The position numbers and the translations under genes are program-made. A stretch of 64,000 nucleotides of DNA from Octopus sinensis. Lineage: Eukaryota. Of this stretch, positions 10,746 through 25,276 are shown piece after piece; positions within the stretch are counted from its first letter, which is position 1, and each line of letters starts with the position of its first letter. The notes beneath the pieces were generated by a model, which ran no database searches, was not told the origin of the DNA, and saw nothing but the letters and a program-made list of their open reading frames with translations. The stretch spans positions 24,428,001 through 24,492,000 of the forward strand of contig NC_043001.1 of assembly GCF_006345805.1 (NCBI RefSeq), read 5' to 3'.

Positions 10746-11532
10746 AAATATTCTGTGCAAAACTTTACTTGTTCAGTATCGATCTAATCCTAGAATTTTG
10801 TGATTCATTAATGTTTTTGAGACACTGATTCTCTTACTACATACACACACACACACACACACACACATTTATATATGTATATGTTAAAAATGTGCTGCCA
10901 CTACCTCCTGATATATCATTTTTCAATAGCTGATATAGTGACTGAGGTATCTCTTGTTACACTAAAAATATATTAGAAATATATTCAGCTGGACTGTGAT
11001 TGGCTAGTTCAACAGATGACTTTTGTTTCAAAGCTGCAAAAAAAAAAAAAAAAAAATCAATCACATTTATCAATATCCATTGGTAAGAATTTTACAATAA
11101 CATCTTGTTACGAATGAAATGAGAAAGCCTTATTTTATGCCATTTCAAGATGTTACAGTTTTCTACAATTATTAATTTTTTCACACCTCAGATTTTTATA
11201 AAATATTTATATACTCGAAGTCTTACAAGTGGATTTAGTTGACAGAAATTGAAAGAAACTTGTGTGTGTGTGTGCGTTCTACTTTTCTTGACATCACATA
11301 CTAATTATAATCAAATGTCACCATCATGCAATCAGTGTTGCTCATCTGCAGTCTGTCAAGCAACATGTCTGACTGTTGTGGTCTTCTTCTTCCAAGCAGG
11401 ACTCACACCATTAGCCACAAAGAATAATCACTAATTCGAGCCTACTCTAAGCTACTAAGAATGCATGCGGCAACTTGAAGATCCACCCACCACACACGAT
11501 AGACTGGCGGTTGTACAGGTGCAAAAGCTACA

Positions 11533-11873
11533 TTGTTATCCTCATTCCGTAAATGGTGGCTTTTAACAGGTGGAGAGCTGAACCATCCTGAGGTACAGAG
11601 GATTCACAATCTAGACTAGAGTCTGAAAGTTTACCACACCATAGTAGGTTACACCATGGTTCCTCTGCTTTGTCGCAGAAGTAGGAAGAAAGAGTGAGAA
11701 AAAGTTGTGGTGAAAGAGTACAGTGGGGCTCACACACCCCACCCCCTGCTGGAGCCTCGTGGAGCTTAGGTGTGTTTGCTCAATAAACACACACAATGCT
11801 TGGTCTGGGAATCGAAACCGCATTCTTAAGACCGCAAGTCTGCTGTCCGAACCACTAGGCCAGTGCGCCTCCA
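11533..11873 (-). mobile_element. tRNA-headed SINE family D variant
   Basis: Minus strand ggaggcgcactggcctagtggtt...ggtttcgattccc, related to 60537-60919. Confidence 0.8.
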
Positions 11874-12138
11874 CACTGTTGTGGTGGCTATGTTCAAAAG
11901 ACCAGGGGTAAATGTTATACCTTGCTCAGATGCAGGCATCGCTGGTTTAACTATTGAGCAAAATAAGCACGTGCTTAGGGCATCAAGGGAAGGAGGGGGC
12001 ACCACAGAAATGGAAAATGGTTTACGCCACAAAAGAAATCAGTTTCAACTTGTTAAAATAATATTCAGGATGCCTTTATATCTACTAAGTATAGATGCAG
12101 ATGTGTTACCTAAGATTAATTTTGAGGATCTGATCCAA

Positions 12139-12483
12139 GGCACAGGAGTAGCTGTGTGGTAAGTAGCTTGCTTCCCAACCACATGGTTCCAGATTCAGTC
12201 CCACTGCATGGCACCTTGGGCAGGTATCTTCTACTATAGCCTCCGGCCAACCAAACCCTTGCGAGTGGTTTTGGTAGACAGAAACTGAAAAGAAGCCCAT
12301 TGTATATATATATATGTATATGTTTGTGTCTGTGTTTGTACCCCAAACATCGCTTGACAACCAATGCTGGTGTGTTTACATCCCTGTCACTTAGCGGTTT
12401 AGCAAAGGTGACCGATAAAATAAGTACTAGGCTTACAAAGAATAAGTCCTGGGGTCAATTTGCTCGACTAAAGGCGGTGCTCA
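12139..12483 (+). mobile_element. SINE family A
   Basis: Head and body; tail truncated. Confidence 0.85.
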
Positions 12484-12512
12484 TGTACTTAAACACTGTA
12501 TATGTAATGACA

Positions 12513-12896
12513 GTCGAGGCACAATGGCCCAGTGGTTAGGGCAGCAAACTCAAGGTCATAGGATCATGGTTTCGATTCCCAGACCGGGCATTGTGAGTGT
12601 TTATTGAGTGAAAGCACTTAAAGCTCCACCAGGCTCTGGCAGGGGGTGGTAGCGAACTCTGCTCTACTTTTTCACTACAACTTTCTCTCACTCTTTCTTC
12701 CTGTTTCCGTTGTACCTGTATTTCAAAGGGCCAGACTTGTCAAACTCTGTGTCATGGGGAATCTCCCTGAGAACTATGGTAAGGGTACATATGTGTCTGT
12801 GGAGTGCTCAGCCACATGCACGTTAATTTCATGAGCAGGCTGTTCCATTGATTGGACCAACTGGGACCCTCACCTTCGTAACCGACAGAGTGCCAC
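12513..12896 (+). mobile_element. SINE family D
   Basis: tggcccagtggttagggcag...ggtttcgattccc; approximate TSD atgtaatg(a/g)ca. Confidence 0.85.
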
Positions 12897-12919
12897 GATG
12901 TAATGGCAAATGTTCTTTG

Positions 12920-13312
12920 CAGTTTATGGTACATCTTCACCCCCATCTTCTTTCTCTCCTGACTCTTCTTGCCTCTCTCTTTTCCAACTAGGGTAACCAT
13001 GTATCTCTTCCCAAGCAAGACGCCTGTTTCTGTCCCTCTATTCATATGTAAGCCTCTCACCAGGACCCTTTTAGCCACATTATAGGCTCTTGGGAAAACC
13101 AATGCACTGAGTCCTAAAGTTTTTATATTTCTTGACAGCAAGACACAGCATTCACAGATCAGCAATGGACCCCTAGACCTGTGAGACCCCTGTGCAACAG
13201 CCTGTTGTGCCCATATCTTAAAATGGCACTGTATCTCACCAATTGACACAAAGTTACCTTCCTCCATACTCAGTTGAAGGATCTTGCCTTGTGAGGTATA
13301 TGATAAATTCAC
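12920..13312 (-). pseudogene. Possible decayed LINE ORF1-like fragment
   Basis: GEIQCHFK...LVFPRAYNVAKRVLVRGL weakly echoes TIIVH-R...VLPTYTGRRMSKIKVEGI of the 19 kb ORF1. By-eye resemblance only. Confidence 0.25.
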
Positions 13313-13511
13313 AGTAGGGCTAGATTAAGACCCATAGAGGCCGTAAGCACTCGAAAGATTTTGGTGTCCACATACATATATAATTCAAAATATAAACAAT
13401 AATAAACCATAAAATAAATTTCTAATTTTCAAAATGGAACAAAATTAACAGAAGAATGGGAAAAAAATGTTGATTTTTGTATATTTCCACTTTATTATAT
13501 TTGAAAAATTT

Positions 13512-13905
13512 AAGGCTGTGAGCTGGCAGAATTGTTAGCATGCTGGGTGAAATGCTTAGCGGTATTTTGTCTGCTGCTACATTCTGAGTTCAAATTCTGC
13601 CGAGGTCGACTTTGTCTTTCATCCTTTCGGGGTCGATAAAATAAGTACCAGTTACGCACTGGGGTCAATATAATCGACTTAATCTGTTTGTCCTTGTTTG
13701 TTCCCTCTGTGTTTAGCCTCTTGCGGGTAGTAAAGAAATAGATATTTTGTCTGCTGCTGTGTTCTGAGTTCAAATTCCACCAAGGTTGACTTTGTCTTTT
13801 ATCCTTTTGAGATCGATGAAATATGTACAATTTATGCACTGGAGTTGATGTAATTGACTGGCCCCCTTACCCTGCAAAATTTTCAGAGCCTTGTGCCTAG
13901 AGTAG
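13512..13905 (+). mobile_element. SINE family B dimer
   Basis: Full unit followed by a 5'-truncated unit with the alternative ttgtgcctagagtagaa tail. Confidence 0.85.
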
Positions 13906-15944
13906 AAATAATTATATTTGAAAAATTTTCTCCTGATTTTTTTAATTGCAAAGTCTTTGATCAGATCCTCACCATGACACCACGAACACTTCAAAATTAT
14001 ATTTCCAATCATATAAAACACTTAGCAAGTTTAAAGTGAATTATTTTGTCTCATAAACCATTTAGCATTTCTGTGGTGCCCCACTTCCCTTGATGTCCCA
14101 AGCTATGCTTATTTTGCTTAATGGTTAATCCAGCACTGCCTGACAGATGCCAAGCCACGTAAAAGCCACTCAACATACTTTGTGAAGTGGACAGCATTAG
14201 GAGGGGCATCCAACTGCAGAAACTATGTCAAGGTAGACAGTTGAGCTTGATGCAGTCTTCTGGCTCACCAGCTTCTGTTGAACCATCCAACCCCTACCAG
14301 CATGGTAACTGGACATTAAATGGTGATAATGATAGCTTATGTAAATAAGATAAATGTGGACATATATCAGTTTGTTTAGACAGCACTTAATTTTCTCAAA
14401 ACTATTTTATTTTTATATATTTCCAGTAATATATAAGCTTTAATAAGCCTCTGCAGTTCAGTTAATAAATAAGTTTATAATGCAGTGTTAATTTGTTCTA
14501 GTATATTTTTATAGGCACACCCAAGCAAACAGTAGTAGCAACAATATATCGCATTAATATACTTATCCATAAGATTAATCCACTATTTTAAAAGCCTGTA
14601 TCATATTTCCTAATAATTCTAACATTTGTTGCTTAGCCCCTGGTTAGTCCCAAACAAGCAGACTTTTGATCAAAGGCAGTTCAAACAACAATTCTCTCTT
14701 TCTCTAGATATTATCTAGCGCTATGCTATCCAATGTGTCAAGATGTTTCTAAAAGTTGAAGATGTGGTCTGGGAGAGATTTGCTTGGTATTTCATAGCAA
14801 TTAAAGGTTCCAAATTTGGCTCTAGGTTTGAATACCTTTTTTTTTTTCTAAAGGCTGAGGGTGTGGTCTGAGGGAGATTTGCCTGATATTTCTTGCATAA
14901 AAAAAAGTTTCAACTTTAGCTCTAGGTTTAAATGTATAATATTTTATCATATATTTAAAACTTAAACATTGCAAAAATAAAGAACTTCTTGTATATTTTA
15001 AAAAGCCAATACTTATCAACTTATGTTATTGATCTCTGTTCGTCAAACATCTAAGTTTTAAAATATAATTGTAAACATGGACACACACACTCGTGCATGC
15101 GCACATACACACACAATAGACTTCCATACTGTTTCCATCTACCAAATTTACTCATCCTGAGGCATTACTCATCCTGAGATTTTAGCAGAAAATGCTTACC
15201 CCAGATACCAGGCTGTGGAACTGAGATCAAAACCACGTGGCTGTGAAGTAAAATTTTTTCACCATACACCCATATGTAAAATTATCAAAAGTATTTAAAT
15301 AAATGGCTATTTTAATAATAGTCTACTGTCAGGGTAAACTTAGTGCATATTCAGGAGTATCAACTTATATACTAATGACAGCTAAGAATAAGTAATGAGA
15401 TTTATCATCATCATCACTTAATATCCACTTTTCCATGCTTGTACTGGTCAGATACAATTTACTGATGCATATTTTCTACAACTGGATGCCCTTCCTGTTG
15501 CTAACCTGTACTTTTTCATGGAAGACTGAAAATGAACAACTTCAGTTATATGATGATGGTACTCATTTACAATGTAATGTCTTTTAAAGAATACACATAT
15601 ATATATAACATAAATATACATACAAACATACATGCATATGTATGTATGTCATTGTTCAGTTTTATTTCAAGATTTCTTGCCAATAGAGAAAAAGTTGGTT
15701 TCTAACTTAGATCCAAAGCTCCTACATGGGAATTTCAACAACAGGGTATTTTTGTATGTATGTATATGTGCAGATTTGCATGTTTTGCTTAATTTATGTA
15801 TCCTCATGTATATAGTTGCATATCTAGACATGCTCATATATATTTAAATGATAAACTTCTGGAAAGTTTTACAGATTTTTACAGTTCCAGTGATGGATTA
15901 GATCTGTAGTCTTCGAATTAGCTTTCCCCTTTCTGTTTTTTTTA

Positions 15945-16078
15945 AATGAATGTATGTATGTATGTATGTATGTATGTATGCATGTATGTATGTATGTATG
16001 CATGTATGCATGCATGTATGTAAGTGTATGTATGTATACATGCATGCATGTAAGTGTATGTATGTATGTATGTATGTG
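15945..16078. repeat. (TATG)n/(CATG) microsatellite
   Basis: Direct inspection. Confidence 0.95.
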
Positions 16079-16234
16079 ACAGGCTTCGTTCTGCTTTTAT
16101 CTACCAAATCTATTCACAAGGCTTTCATCAGCCCAGGGCTTCTGTGGAAGACACCTGCTCAAGATGCTGTGCAGTGGGACTGAACCGAAGACTACATAGT
16201 TAGGGAAACAAGCTTCTTAACCACACAGATGAAA

Positions 16235-16520
16235 TACCACTAAGCATTTTGCTTGGCATGCTAACAATTCTTATTTCTTTATTGCCCATAAGGGGCTACA
16301 CACAGAGGGGACAAACAAAGACTGACAAGTGGATTAAGTCGATTACATCGACCCCCGTGCATAACTGGTACTTAATTTTATCGACCCCAAAAGGATGAAA
16401 GGCAAAGTCGACCTCGGTGGAAATTGAACTCAGAACGTAAAGACAGGCGAAATACCGCTAAGCAGTTCGCCCAGTGTGCTAACGTTTCTGCCAGCATGCT
16501 AACAATTCTGCCAACTCATT
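16235..16520 (-). mobile_element. SINE family B
   Basis: Reverse-complement copy. Confidence 0.8.
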
Positions 16521-17048
16521 GCCTTCTGATGCATGAATAATGAAAATGATTTTCACATTTACCATAAAGTATAAGTCAATGTAAAGGAAAAGCATCTGAA
16601 GCCTGTAGCTAATCCAGAGTTCATTTTTGTAAATAGTTAATTGATCACGTTACAATAGTGATATAAATATTTTCTACACTTGTGAAGGAAGTGTCAAATA
16701 TAGTAACCTTCATAATAGGAGTTCCTTAGCTGAATATTTAAGCAAAAATATTTATTGTATTATGCTTATTGATTCAAATTTCTCTTTGTTTAATTATTCA
16801 AAAAAATCATATGTCTGTTACTTGTACTATTTCCAAATGTTAGATGCATATTCTTGAATAATGTAGCAGTCAGAATTTATTTTCAAAAATACTTTAACCT
16901 TTTCTATTTTTCTCTACAGCAGCTTTAGCTTAAGAGTCAGACATGTTGTTCAATGCTTAGGATTTATTATTATTATTATCGTTATTATTATTATCATTAT
17001 TATTATTATTATTAGTAGTAGTAGTAATAGTAGTAGTAGTAGTAGTAG

Positions 17049-17680
17049 TAAGGCGGCGAGCTGGCAGAAACGTTAGCATGCCGAGTGAAATGCTTAGCAG
17101 TATTTCGTCTGTTGCTACATTCTGAGTTCAAATTCCGCCAAGGTCAATTTTGCCTTTCATCCTTTCGGGGTCGATTAAATAAGTATCAGTTACTCACTGG
17201 GGTCGATATAATTGACTTAATCCGTTTGTCTGTCCTTGTTTGCCCACTTTATGTTTAGCCCCTTGTGGGTAGTAAAGAAATAGGTATTTCATCAATCTTT
17301 ACATTCTGAGTTCAAATTCCGCTGAGGTCGACTTTGCCTTTCATCTTTTCGGGGCCAATAAATTAAGTACTACTTGCTTACTGGGGTCAATCTAATCAAC
17401 TGGCCCCCTCACCCAAAATTTCAGGCCTTGTGCCTAGAGTAGAAAAGATTATTATTAGTAGTAGTAAGGCAGCAAGCTGGCAGTAACCATTAGCATGCCA
17501 GGCAAAATGCTTAGCAGTATTTCGTCTGTCTTAACGGTCTGATTTCAAATGCCTCCTGAGTCGACTTTGCATTTCATCATTTTGGAGTCGATAAATTAAG
17601 TATCAGTTACACACTGGGATCGATGTGCTTGACTGGTTCCCTTCCCCAAAATTTCAGGCCTTGTGCCTATATTAGAAAGG
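17049..17680 (+). mobile_element. SINE family B tandem array (3 units)
   Basis: Head-to-tail units between (ATT)n/(AGT)n tracts. Confidence 0.85.
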
Positions 17681-17792
17681 GCTATTATTATTATTATTAT
17701 TATTATTATTAGTCATCATTTTAATGGGGACACTCATTTAGTTAATATGCAATGTCCAGAAAAGAGGACATAAACACAAACAGACACACACA

Positions 17793-17823
<31 letters not shown>

Positions 17824-18189
17824 AAGACACATAGATAAACAAACAGATTGAAAGAGATAGACAGGCAGGCAGGCAGGCAGACAGACAAACAGACATACAT
17901 GAAAGCGCATGCCTTAGTGGTTAGGAAGTCGATTTCATGATCATAAGCTTGCGGGTTCAATTCGTAGACCAGGTGGCATGCTGTGTCTTTGGATGTATTT
18001 CACATTGCTCCAGTGGGTCATGGGTTGGAGAGCTGAGAAGGTGCCAATATCAGCTTGTTACAACATAGGAACCTGACATCATTAGTGGGTGCATGATACC
18101 TACCACAAATCAAACTCATTTGCAAGAGACAGCTATACTTTGTTTTATATATATAAATATACAGAGTGCAATGGGTAAATTGTCTCCAT

Positions 18190-19640
18190 TTTATATTTTG
18201 GAGCCCTTTATTCACTTCGATTCCTTATTTACCTAGCAGAACCTCGCATTCAATATTGTCCGGTATTTTTTTATGTTCTCGTGTATTTTCCACATTTTCA
18301 CACCTTTTTTTATATTTTTTGATCTCCTCCAATTGTGCTTCTAAGATTAGAATATAAAAGTGCCATCCTAGTGTTTCATGATATTTTCCAGTGTTCACAA
18401 ATCTAGCTGTTTCCCAGCTTGTTACTTTTTGGATTAGTTCCGTGTTTTCTTTGTTTGTTGATATAAAAACGTAATTTACTTCATGGGGAGTGGGACTCTA
18501 TTCTGTATCATGCATGTGTTACTTTTTGTTTTTTGCTAATGTAGGAGGGGGAGGGTTCGGTGTCTGTACGGAGGTGGTGGGTCGTAGAGGGAATGGGTGG
18601 GGTGGGTGGGGTTTGGGGTTCCACAGTATACTGCTCCTTCTTGTCTTCCTTTTTCCTTCAGCAATCTTCCATTCGTCTTCTCTTTCTACCTTTATTTCCT
18701 TTTTCCACTTTTTGCTTCTTTTCCAGTGTTTTTCCTTCTATCTGCTTCTGCTGAGGGCAGTGTGCTCTAATGTGGCCTTTTTTGCTACATTTAAAACAAC
18801 GTGGAGTCCTGCCCTCCACCCACACTTTCAACCCCAAGTCTCCTATCCACACCATCTCTGCAACATTTTCTAGTGTCTCAACTTCCGCTTGTACTATTAG
18901 TTCCAACATTTGGCCTCTCCAAACTGAGCGGTCCATTTTTGTGGCTTGGAGGATGGCAACTTCTCCACTTCCCAGAAGAACAACTGCCACGATCCACTCC
19001 ACATCAATTTCCGGTGGAATTCCCTCCACCTTTATCTTTGACATCCTTCTTCCTGTATAAGTTGGTAGGACTACCTTCTCCGTCTTAATTGTTTTTACTG
19101 CGTTTTCTCTTGCTTTTTCTTCTGTTCTCTAGTGAACTATGATAGTTCTGTACTTATTCCCTCCGGCCAGGTATGCAATGTCTGGCCAGACTGAACATAA
19201 TGCCTTTTCTAAAATTCCTTCTTCCATGTGTTCGATTTTTCTGTTCTGTACCGAGTAGACTTTGTATATCACGGTCTTTGTATTAATTTCTTCTATTTTT
19301 TCTGGGGGTGGTGACAGCCTAACGTCACCACCCACTTTGCAGCCCATTTTTGCATCTCTTTTGATATTTGCCAGATTCGCCTCTTTCTTCTTTACTTCTG
19401 CTGCTTCAGCAAAGCTCTTCTTTTTCAGTAATTTATCCATCTTTTTGATTGTGATAACCGTTTCCTCCTCTGGAGAGGACAATTCAGAACCACCAAGGTC
19501 CAAATAAAAATATCGAGAGAAAGCACAACCTGAAACCACTGCTAAAGCAGCACAAAAGAACAATAATTCAAATAATAGCAACTTCAACCAATAATCAAAC
19601 TTCAAAAATGCCAACGCAAGCAAAGAGGCCTAATTAATAT
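18190..19640 (-). mobile_element. ORF1-only non-LTR element (HAL1-like)
   Basis: A single long reading frame with a zinc knuckle, then a decayed C-terminal segment and AATAAA near 18205. No endonuclease or RT motifs seen. Confidence 0.55.
18658..19623 (-). pseudogene. LINE ORF1/gag-like protein with CX2CX4HX4C zinc knuckle
   Basis: ORFs 19129-19623 and 18658-19044 are in the same frame, separated by one TAG (19129-19131). Motif VEGRTPRCFKCSKKGHIRAHC. Confidence 0.85.
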
Positions 19641-19759
19641 TAGAGATGATTTTTTTATTGCCCACAAGGGGCCAATATAGATGGGACAACACAAAGACAT
19701 GTGGGGACATATAACACAAAACTTAAAATAAAATTACTAATAAAAATTATGAAATGATA

Positions 19760-19862
19760 ATCATCATCATCATCATCATCATCATCATTTAACATCCGCT
19801 TTCCAAGCTAGCATGGGTTGGACGGTTCAACTGGGGTCTGGGAAACCAGAAGGCTGCACCAG
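19760..19862 (-). mobile_element. RTE 3'-UTR fragment
   Basis: (CAT)n plus terminal UTR. Confidence 0.8.
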
Positions 19863-20004
19863 AAATGAAATGAAAAATAGAAATGAGCTGCATGCTCCAC
19901 TACAAGCAGCATCACTTACTCTTTTGGAGTCCTTTATTCATGTTGATTCCATATTTATCCAGCAGGAGTACCCCAATATATTATAGGACATTATAGAGCA
20001 TAGT

Positions 20005-20321
20005 TGTGATAAAAAGCACCATCCGAACGTGGTCGATGCCAGCGCTGCCTTGACTGGCTTCTGTGCCGGTGGCACGTTAAAATCACCAGCCGATCGTGGC
20101 CACTGCCAGACTCCCCTGGCACCTGTGCTGGTGGCACGTAAAAAGCACCCATTACACTCACGGAGTGGTTGGCATTAGGAAGGGCATCCAGCTGTAGAAA
20201 CACTGCCAGATCAGACTGGAGCCTGGTGCAGCCTCCTGGCTTCCCAGACCCCGATCGAACCGTCCAACCCATGCTATCACGGAAAACGGATGTTAAACGA
20301 TGATGATGATGATGATGATGA
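20005..20321 (+). mobile_element. RTE 3'-UTR fragment
   Basis: Terminal UTR plus (GAT)n. Confidence 0.85.
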
Positions 20322-20736
20322 ATGTATTACTATCTTGTATGTTTTTAAATCAATTGGTATGGCTGTGTGGTATGATGCTTGCTTCCTAACCACATGGTTT
20401 TGGCTTCAGTTCCACTGCATGGCACTTTGAACAAGTGTCTTCTACAGTAGCCCCAGATCAACCAGAGCCTCATGAGCGGATTCGGCAGATGGAAACTGAA
20501 AGAAGCCCATCATGTGTGTGTGTGTATGCACATGTGTGAGTGTGTCGCTGTCTCCTTTCTTTGACATTACACGGTAGTTGTAAACGAGTGCCACTGTCAT
20601 GCAAGCAGTGTTATTCACTGCTAATATTCAGAGAAAACATGCCTGTCATGGAGAAATATTACCATTCTTAGAAACATATGAAGGTCGATGACAGGAAAGG
20701 CACCCAGCCATAGAAAATTCACCTCAACAAATACCT

Positions 20737-20965
20737 ATTTCTTTACTACCCACAAGGGGCTAAACACAGAGAGGACAAACAAGGACAGACAAACGGATTA
20801 AGTCAATTATATCGACCCCAGTGCATAACTGGTACTTATTTAATCGACTCCGAAAGGATGAAAGGCAAAGTCGACCTCGGCGGAATTTGAACTCAGAACG
20901 TAACGGCAGACGAAATACCGCTAAGCATTTCGCCCGATGTCCTAACGTTTCTGCCAGCTCACCTC
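20737..20965 (-). mobile_element. SINE family B
   Basis: Full-length reverse complement. Confidence 0.9.
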
Positions 20966-22984
20966 AACAAATACCATCCAGCCTATGCAAGCATGGAAAA
21001 GTGGACCGTAAAACAATAATGACAATACGACTTTTCTACTCAACATCAGCTGGTTAATCTGAGTGGAGAAAACAATAGAATTTATTTTTAACTCTATAGT
21101 CTTCATATCCCATATTTCAGTTATTTTCTAATTTCTTTTGTGCTACTTTCACTCATCTTACTTTCTTTCAAATTCACTTCTTTTATTCTGTTTCACATTG
21201 TTATTACAAGTGCTTATTGTTATTACAAGTGTTATTTTGTTGTTATTACAATCTCTTACATTGTCATTATACTGCCTTAGACTGTTATTACAGTGTTTTG
21301 CACTGTTATCTTTTCATTTCTATTTTTGTCATATTGATTTGTCATTTCCAATTTCAAAAATTAATAAGTAAATAATGTAACACATTATGTATGAAATTGG
21401 TGCTTCTATAATTTATAAAAGAAAAAATCATGTTTCATTATTTATTACCTAAAAATTTGATTTTACTGAATTCCTTTTTTTTTTTTTTTTTAGTAAATTG
21501 TTTAAACAGAATTTAATTAATTTCCAACCTAAGAAAATAGCTCCTTTAATTAAACAAGAAGCATTGATTTAATTTGCTTGTGAACTCAGTTGACTTCTCC
21601 TTCCAGTTTTGGGATGCTGAGTATGAACAAAGCAGATGTGAAGAATATGGAATGATAAAGTAATATTGAGAGGGTAGCGATCAAAAAATATAAAAAAAAG
21701 GAAATATAATACAAATGTAGATGGAAGAGAGAGTGTTTGAAATGACTACAAATGAAGGTAGAAAATCTATTATAAAATGAAGGAAGGTAAAAGAACAGAT
21801 GTATGAAAAACCAGGTGTGTATGATGATAGAAGGTGATAAAGTAAGTGTATGGAATGTTAAGAGAAGGAGCATCTGGATTGAAGAAGGAAAAAATGAAGA
21901 TCAGTGGTATCGGATGACAGAGGGTAAAGGGCGGATCTATGAAATGATAGGAGATAAAATATTATAGGAAGAAGGTTGTACCTTGAATGGAGAAGATAAT
22001 AAAGAATAATGGTGGAAGGAGTGTAGGCAGGTAAACTCACAGGTGTGTGGAATAATAATAGGAGAAAACATGGGAGCAGTTAAAGATGAAAAGAGAGACT
22101 GAAGTTGTATAAAGCAATATGGAAAAGGCTGGCAAGCAGCTTGGAATGGTAAAATGGGAAATTTCCAAAATATTGAGTGCAATGGCATGAAATGGGGGCA
22201 GTTATGGCTTTGTGGATCAGAAGTTAGTTTTTCAACAACATTGTTTTGAGTTTAGTTCAACTGCATGGGTCTTTGGACAAATATCTTTGACCATAGTCTT
22301 CGGCTGACCAATGTCTTGTGAATGGAGTTTTGGTAGATGGAAAGTGGTGTCAGTTCTATTTTTTTCTTTTCTCTCCTCTGTCTTTCTCTCTCTTTTTCTT
22401 TCTCTCCCCACTTTCTCTCTCTCTCTCTCTCTCTCTCTCCCTTTCCTACCCTATCACACATACAGGGTCTAATGAGTGGGGTTTCAGCTCATTCATCAGC
22501 CCAGAAACCAGACATCTAAGAAGGGGCCAATGAAATTCTGATAGGGGGAGGAGCCCCTACTTACTAGGTTGATCCTGAAAGCAATCCCATACTACCTTAC
22601 AAAATTTCAATGTTAATACCAGTCCGGATATGCTTGATGCATGTTCAACCTGCGGAACAAGCTACTCACTACATTTTATCCCAGTTGTTCCCTGGTTTGA
22701 ATGTGCACCAAGCATATTTGGACTGATAATAACATTGTAATTTTACTTTTCACTGTTTAGTGCTCCCCTTCCGTAACTTTAAAAATTTCTCTCAGGGACC
22801 TTTACACACACACACACACACAATTAGCTACACTTTGTATGAGAGTCTGGGAAAACCACTTGCTATGTCTGTGATGTCAGAAAAAATAGGCAACCCTACT
22901 GACGTAATCAAATATTGCCAGAGAACTTAGAAGAGACACCTACACACCAATATGTGTATTTTTCTATATTAGGAGTTTTATCAT

Positions 22985-25226
22985 TAGTTGTTCCATTTTC
23001 ATATAAGGAAGGAAAGTATCTAAATATATTCCTTTCTTTTTTTTTAATCCTTTTCTGCGAATTTTTATTACAAGCAAGTTACTCAAACTCTTATATTCTT
23101 TAAATATTTAATATTTCCTGCTTGTCATATATTTATAGACAGCCTGTTGCTGTATCATGTGCATTATCAGGATAAAGTAAAAGCAAAGTAGATATTCAAT
23201 TAATAAATTATATTATATCACATTAGACAAGTAGTTCTTTAGCTTTCCAATTAGGAAGATAGGAAGTGAGAAATAAAAAAAAGGGAAGAGAAAAACAATG
23301 TGTTAAATCACACAGTTTTTGAAATAGAAATAGTTGTGAATATACTCGTTTGATTTTATTTTTCAGTTAAGGCAAAAGGAGAATGCACATTCACACATGC
23401 ATGCACACATGCACTCACATGTATGCCACACACAATTCACAGTATGGCTAGCACCAAAGATTTCTTGGAGATGAAAAATTTTCATAGTGCCAGAATTCAA
23501 ACTAGAACTGGTTTGTTAAAAAAAATAAAATGACTTTAGTAAAATTGAAAATGGTAGCTGCTGCTGGAGGAGGAGGAGGAGGAGATGATGATGATGATGA
23601 AGAGGGGAGGAGGAGGAGGAGGGGGTAATGGTGGTGGTGGTCGTGGTGGTTGGGGTGATAATGACGTTGCATGTATATTTTTCACTAATCAACATTGACA
23701 AAGGATGTAAACACTGGTGGGAAAACAAATAAAAAAAAAACATCTGTTGCTTTCTGAGCAAAATCCCTTAATATGCTTGTTTCACACTATGTTACAGACA
23801 CTTCCTTTTCAGTTTCATAGTCAGAAATGAATGCAGTGAGCTAGTGATTGGCCCATGGTAAATAAATCTTTCTGTCTAGCATTGAAGAAAACTTAATGTA
23901 GTTAAGTGTTTTATCATCTTTAGTCTGATACCATAATTTGATTGATTTCTCTAATGTCAGAGCATGATTGATTTCGTGGCTCACAGGATTTCATCTATCC
24001 ACTTTAACTAGTGTCAGAGTTTAATTGCTTTTCTTCAGTTAGCTGCTATATCTTTTTATGACAGGTGATACAAATTCAAAAAATTATGGAAATTTTTTAT
24101 CCATAGTCATTACATTTTTGCATCAGTCAAACAAAATGTGACTGATGCATCAAAAAAGACGAGTGAGCTATGTACTTTTAGCCTTCACTTGTTATGTCAG
24201 GACTAACATCAGTGGCACATCGTTGCAACCATTATCATGCAAATTAATAACTTTAATCAAATTCGATTGTGAAGACCTGTTGAGGCAAGTGAAATCAAAA
24301 TCAAACTTGGTGACTGGCATCCACTGCTAGTGGAGTGCTAAGAGTACCATACGAGTAAGACCATTGCCAGAGCAACAAGCTGGCTTTCATGCCAATGGCA
24401 TGTTAAAAACAACTTTCGAGTGTGATCGTTACCTGCATCATCTTACTAGCACTTGTGCTGGTGGCATGTGAAAAAACATTTGAGTGAGGTCATTGCCAGT
24501 GCCGCTGGACTGGCTCCTGTGCAGTTGGCATATAAAAAGCACCATTTGAGCGTGACCATTGCCAGTACTGCCTGACTGGCCCTTGTGCCAGTGGCATGTA
24601 AAAGCACCCACTACACTCTTGGAGTGGTTGGCATTAGGAAGGGCATCCAGCTGTAGAAACTCTGCCAGATCAGATTGGAGTTTGGTTCGCCAGACCTCAG
24701 TCAAATCGCCCAACCCATGCTGGCATGGAAAGCGGACATTAAACGATGATGATGATGATGATGATGATTATATGAGTTGCCATGTTTGAAATTCTCTATA
24801 AAAGTAGTTTAATTATTGGTTGTTCTATTTTTCATATAAGGGAGGAAAGTATCTGAATATTATTTATTTTATTTTACTTTATTTTTTCAAATGATCTTCA
24901 TAAGGAAGTAACTCAAGCCATTATACTTTATATATTTAGTATATCTTTCATGTCCTATATTTATTGACAGCCTGTTACTGTATCATGTACCTCATCAGTA
25001 TAAAGTAATAGCATGGTAGATAATCAATTAAATACCATATTAATCGATTTATTGCTTTCATTTCAAATTAGAAATTAAGGAGAAAGAAAAATAAAAGGAA
25101 ATTAAGGAGAAAGAGTTAGAAAAGAAAAGAAAATACGCCGGAATTTCAGTTTTTAAAACAGTAATAATTTTGAATGCACTTATTTTATTTTATTCTTTGT
25201 CAACAGTTCATGGAAGTGCATGCATA

Positions 25227-25276
<50 letters not shown>

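Noticed and set aside
21560-22200. Purine-rich tract (and a similar one at 52450-52950) as a coding region
   Set aside because: Many stops in all frames; possibly an ancient LINE remnant, but no diagnostic motif was found.
22478-22502. Minus-strand CTGATGA-7 nt-GAAA as a hammerhead
   Set aside because: No stem II pairing and no stem I or III partner.
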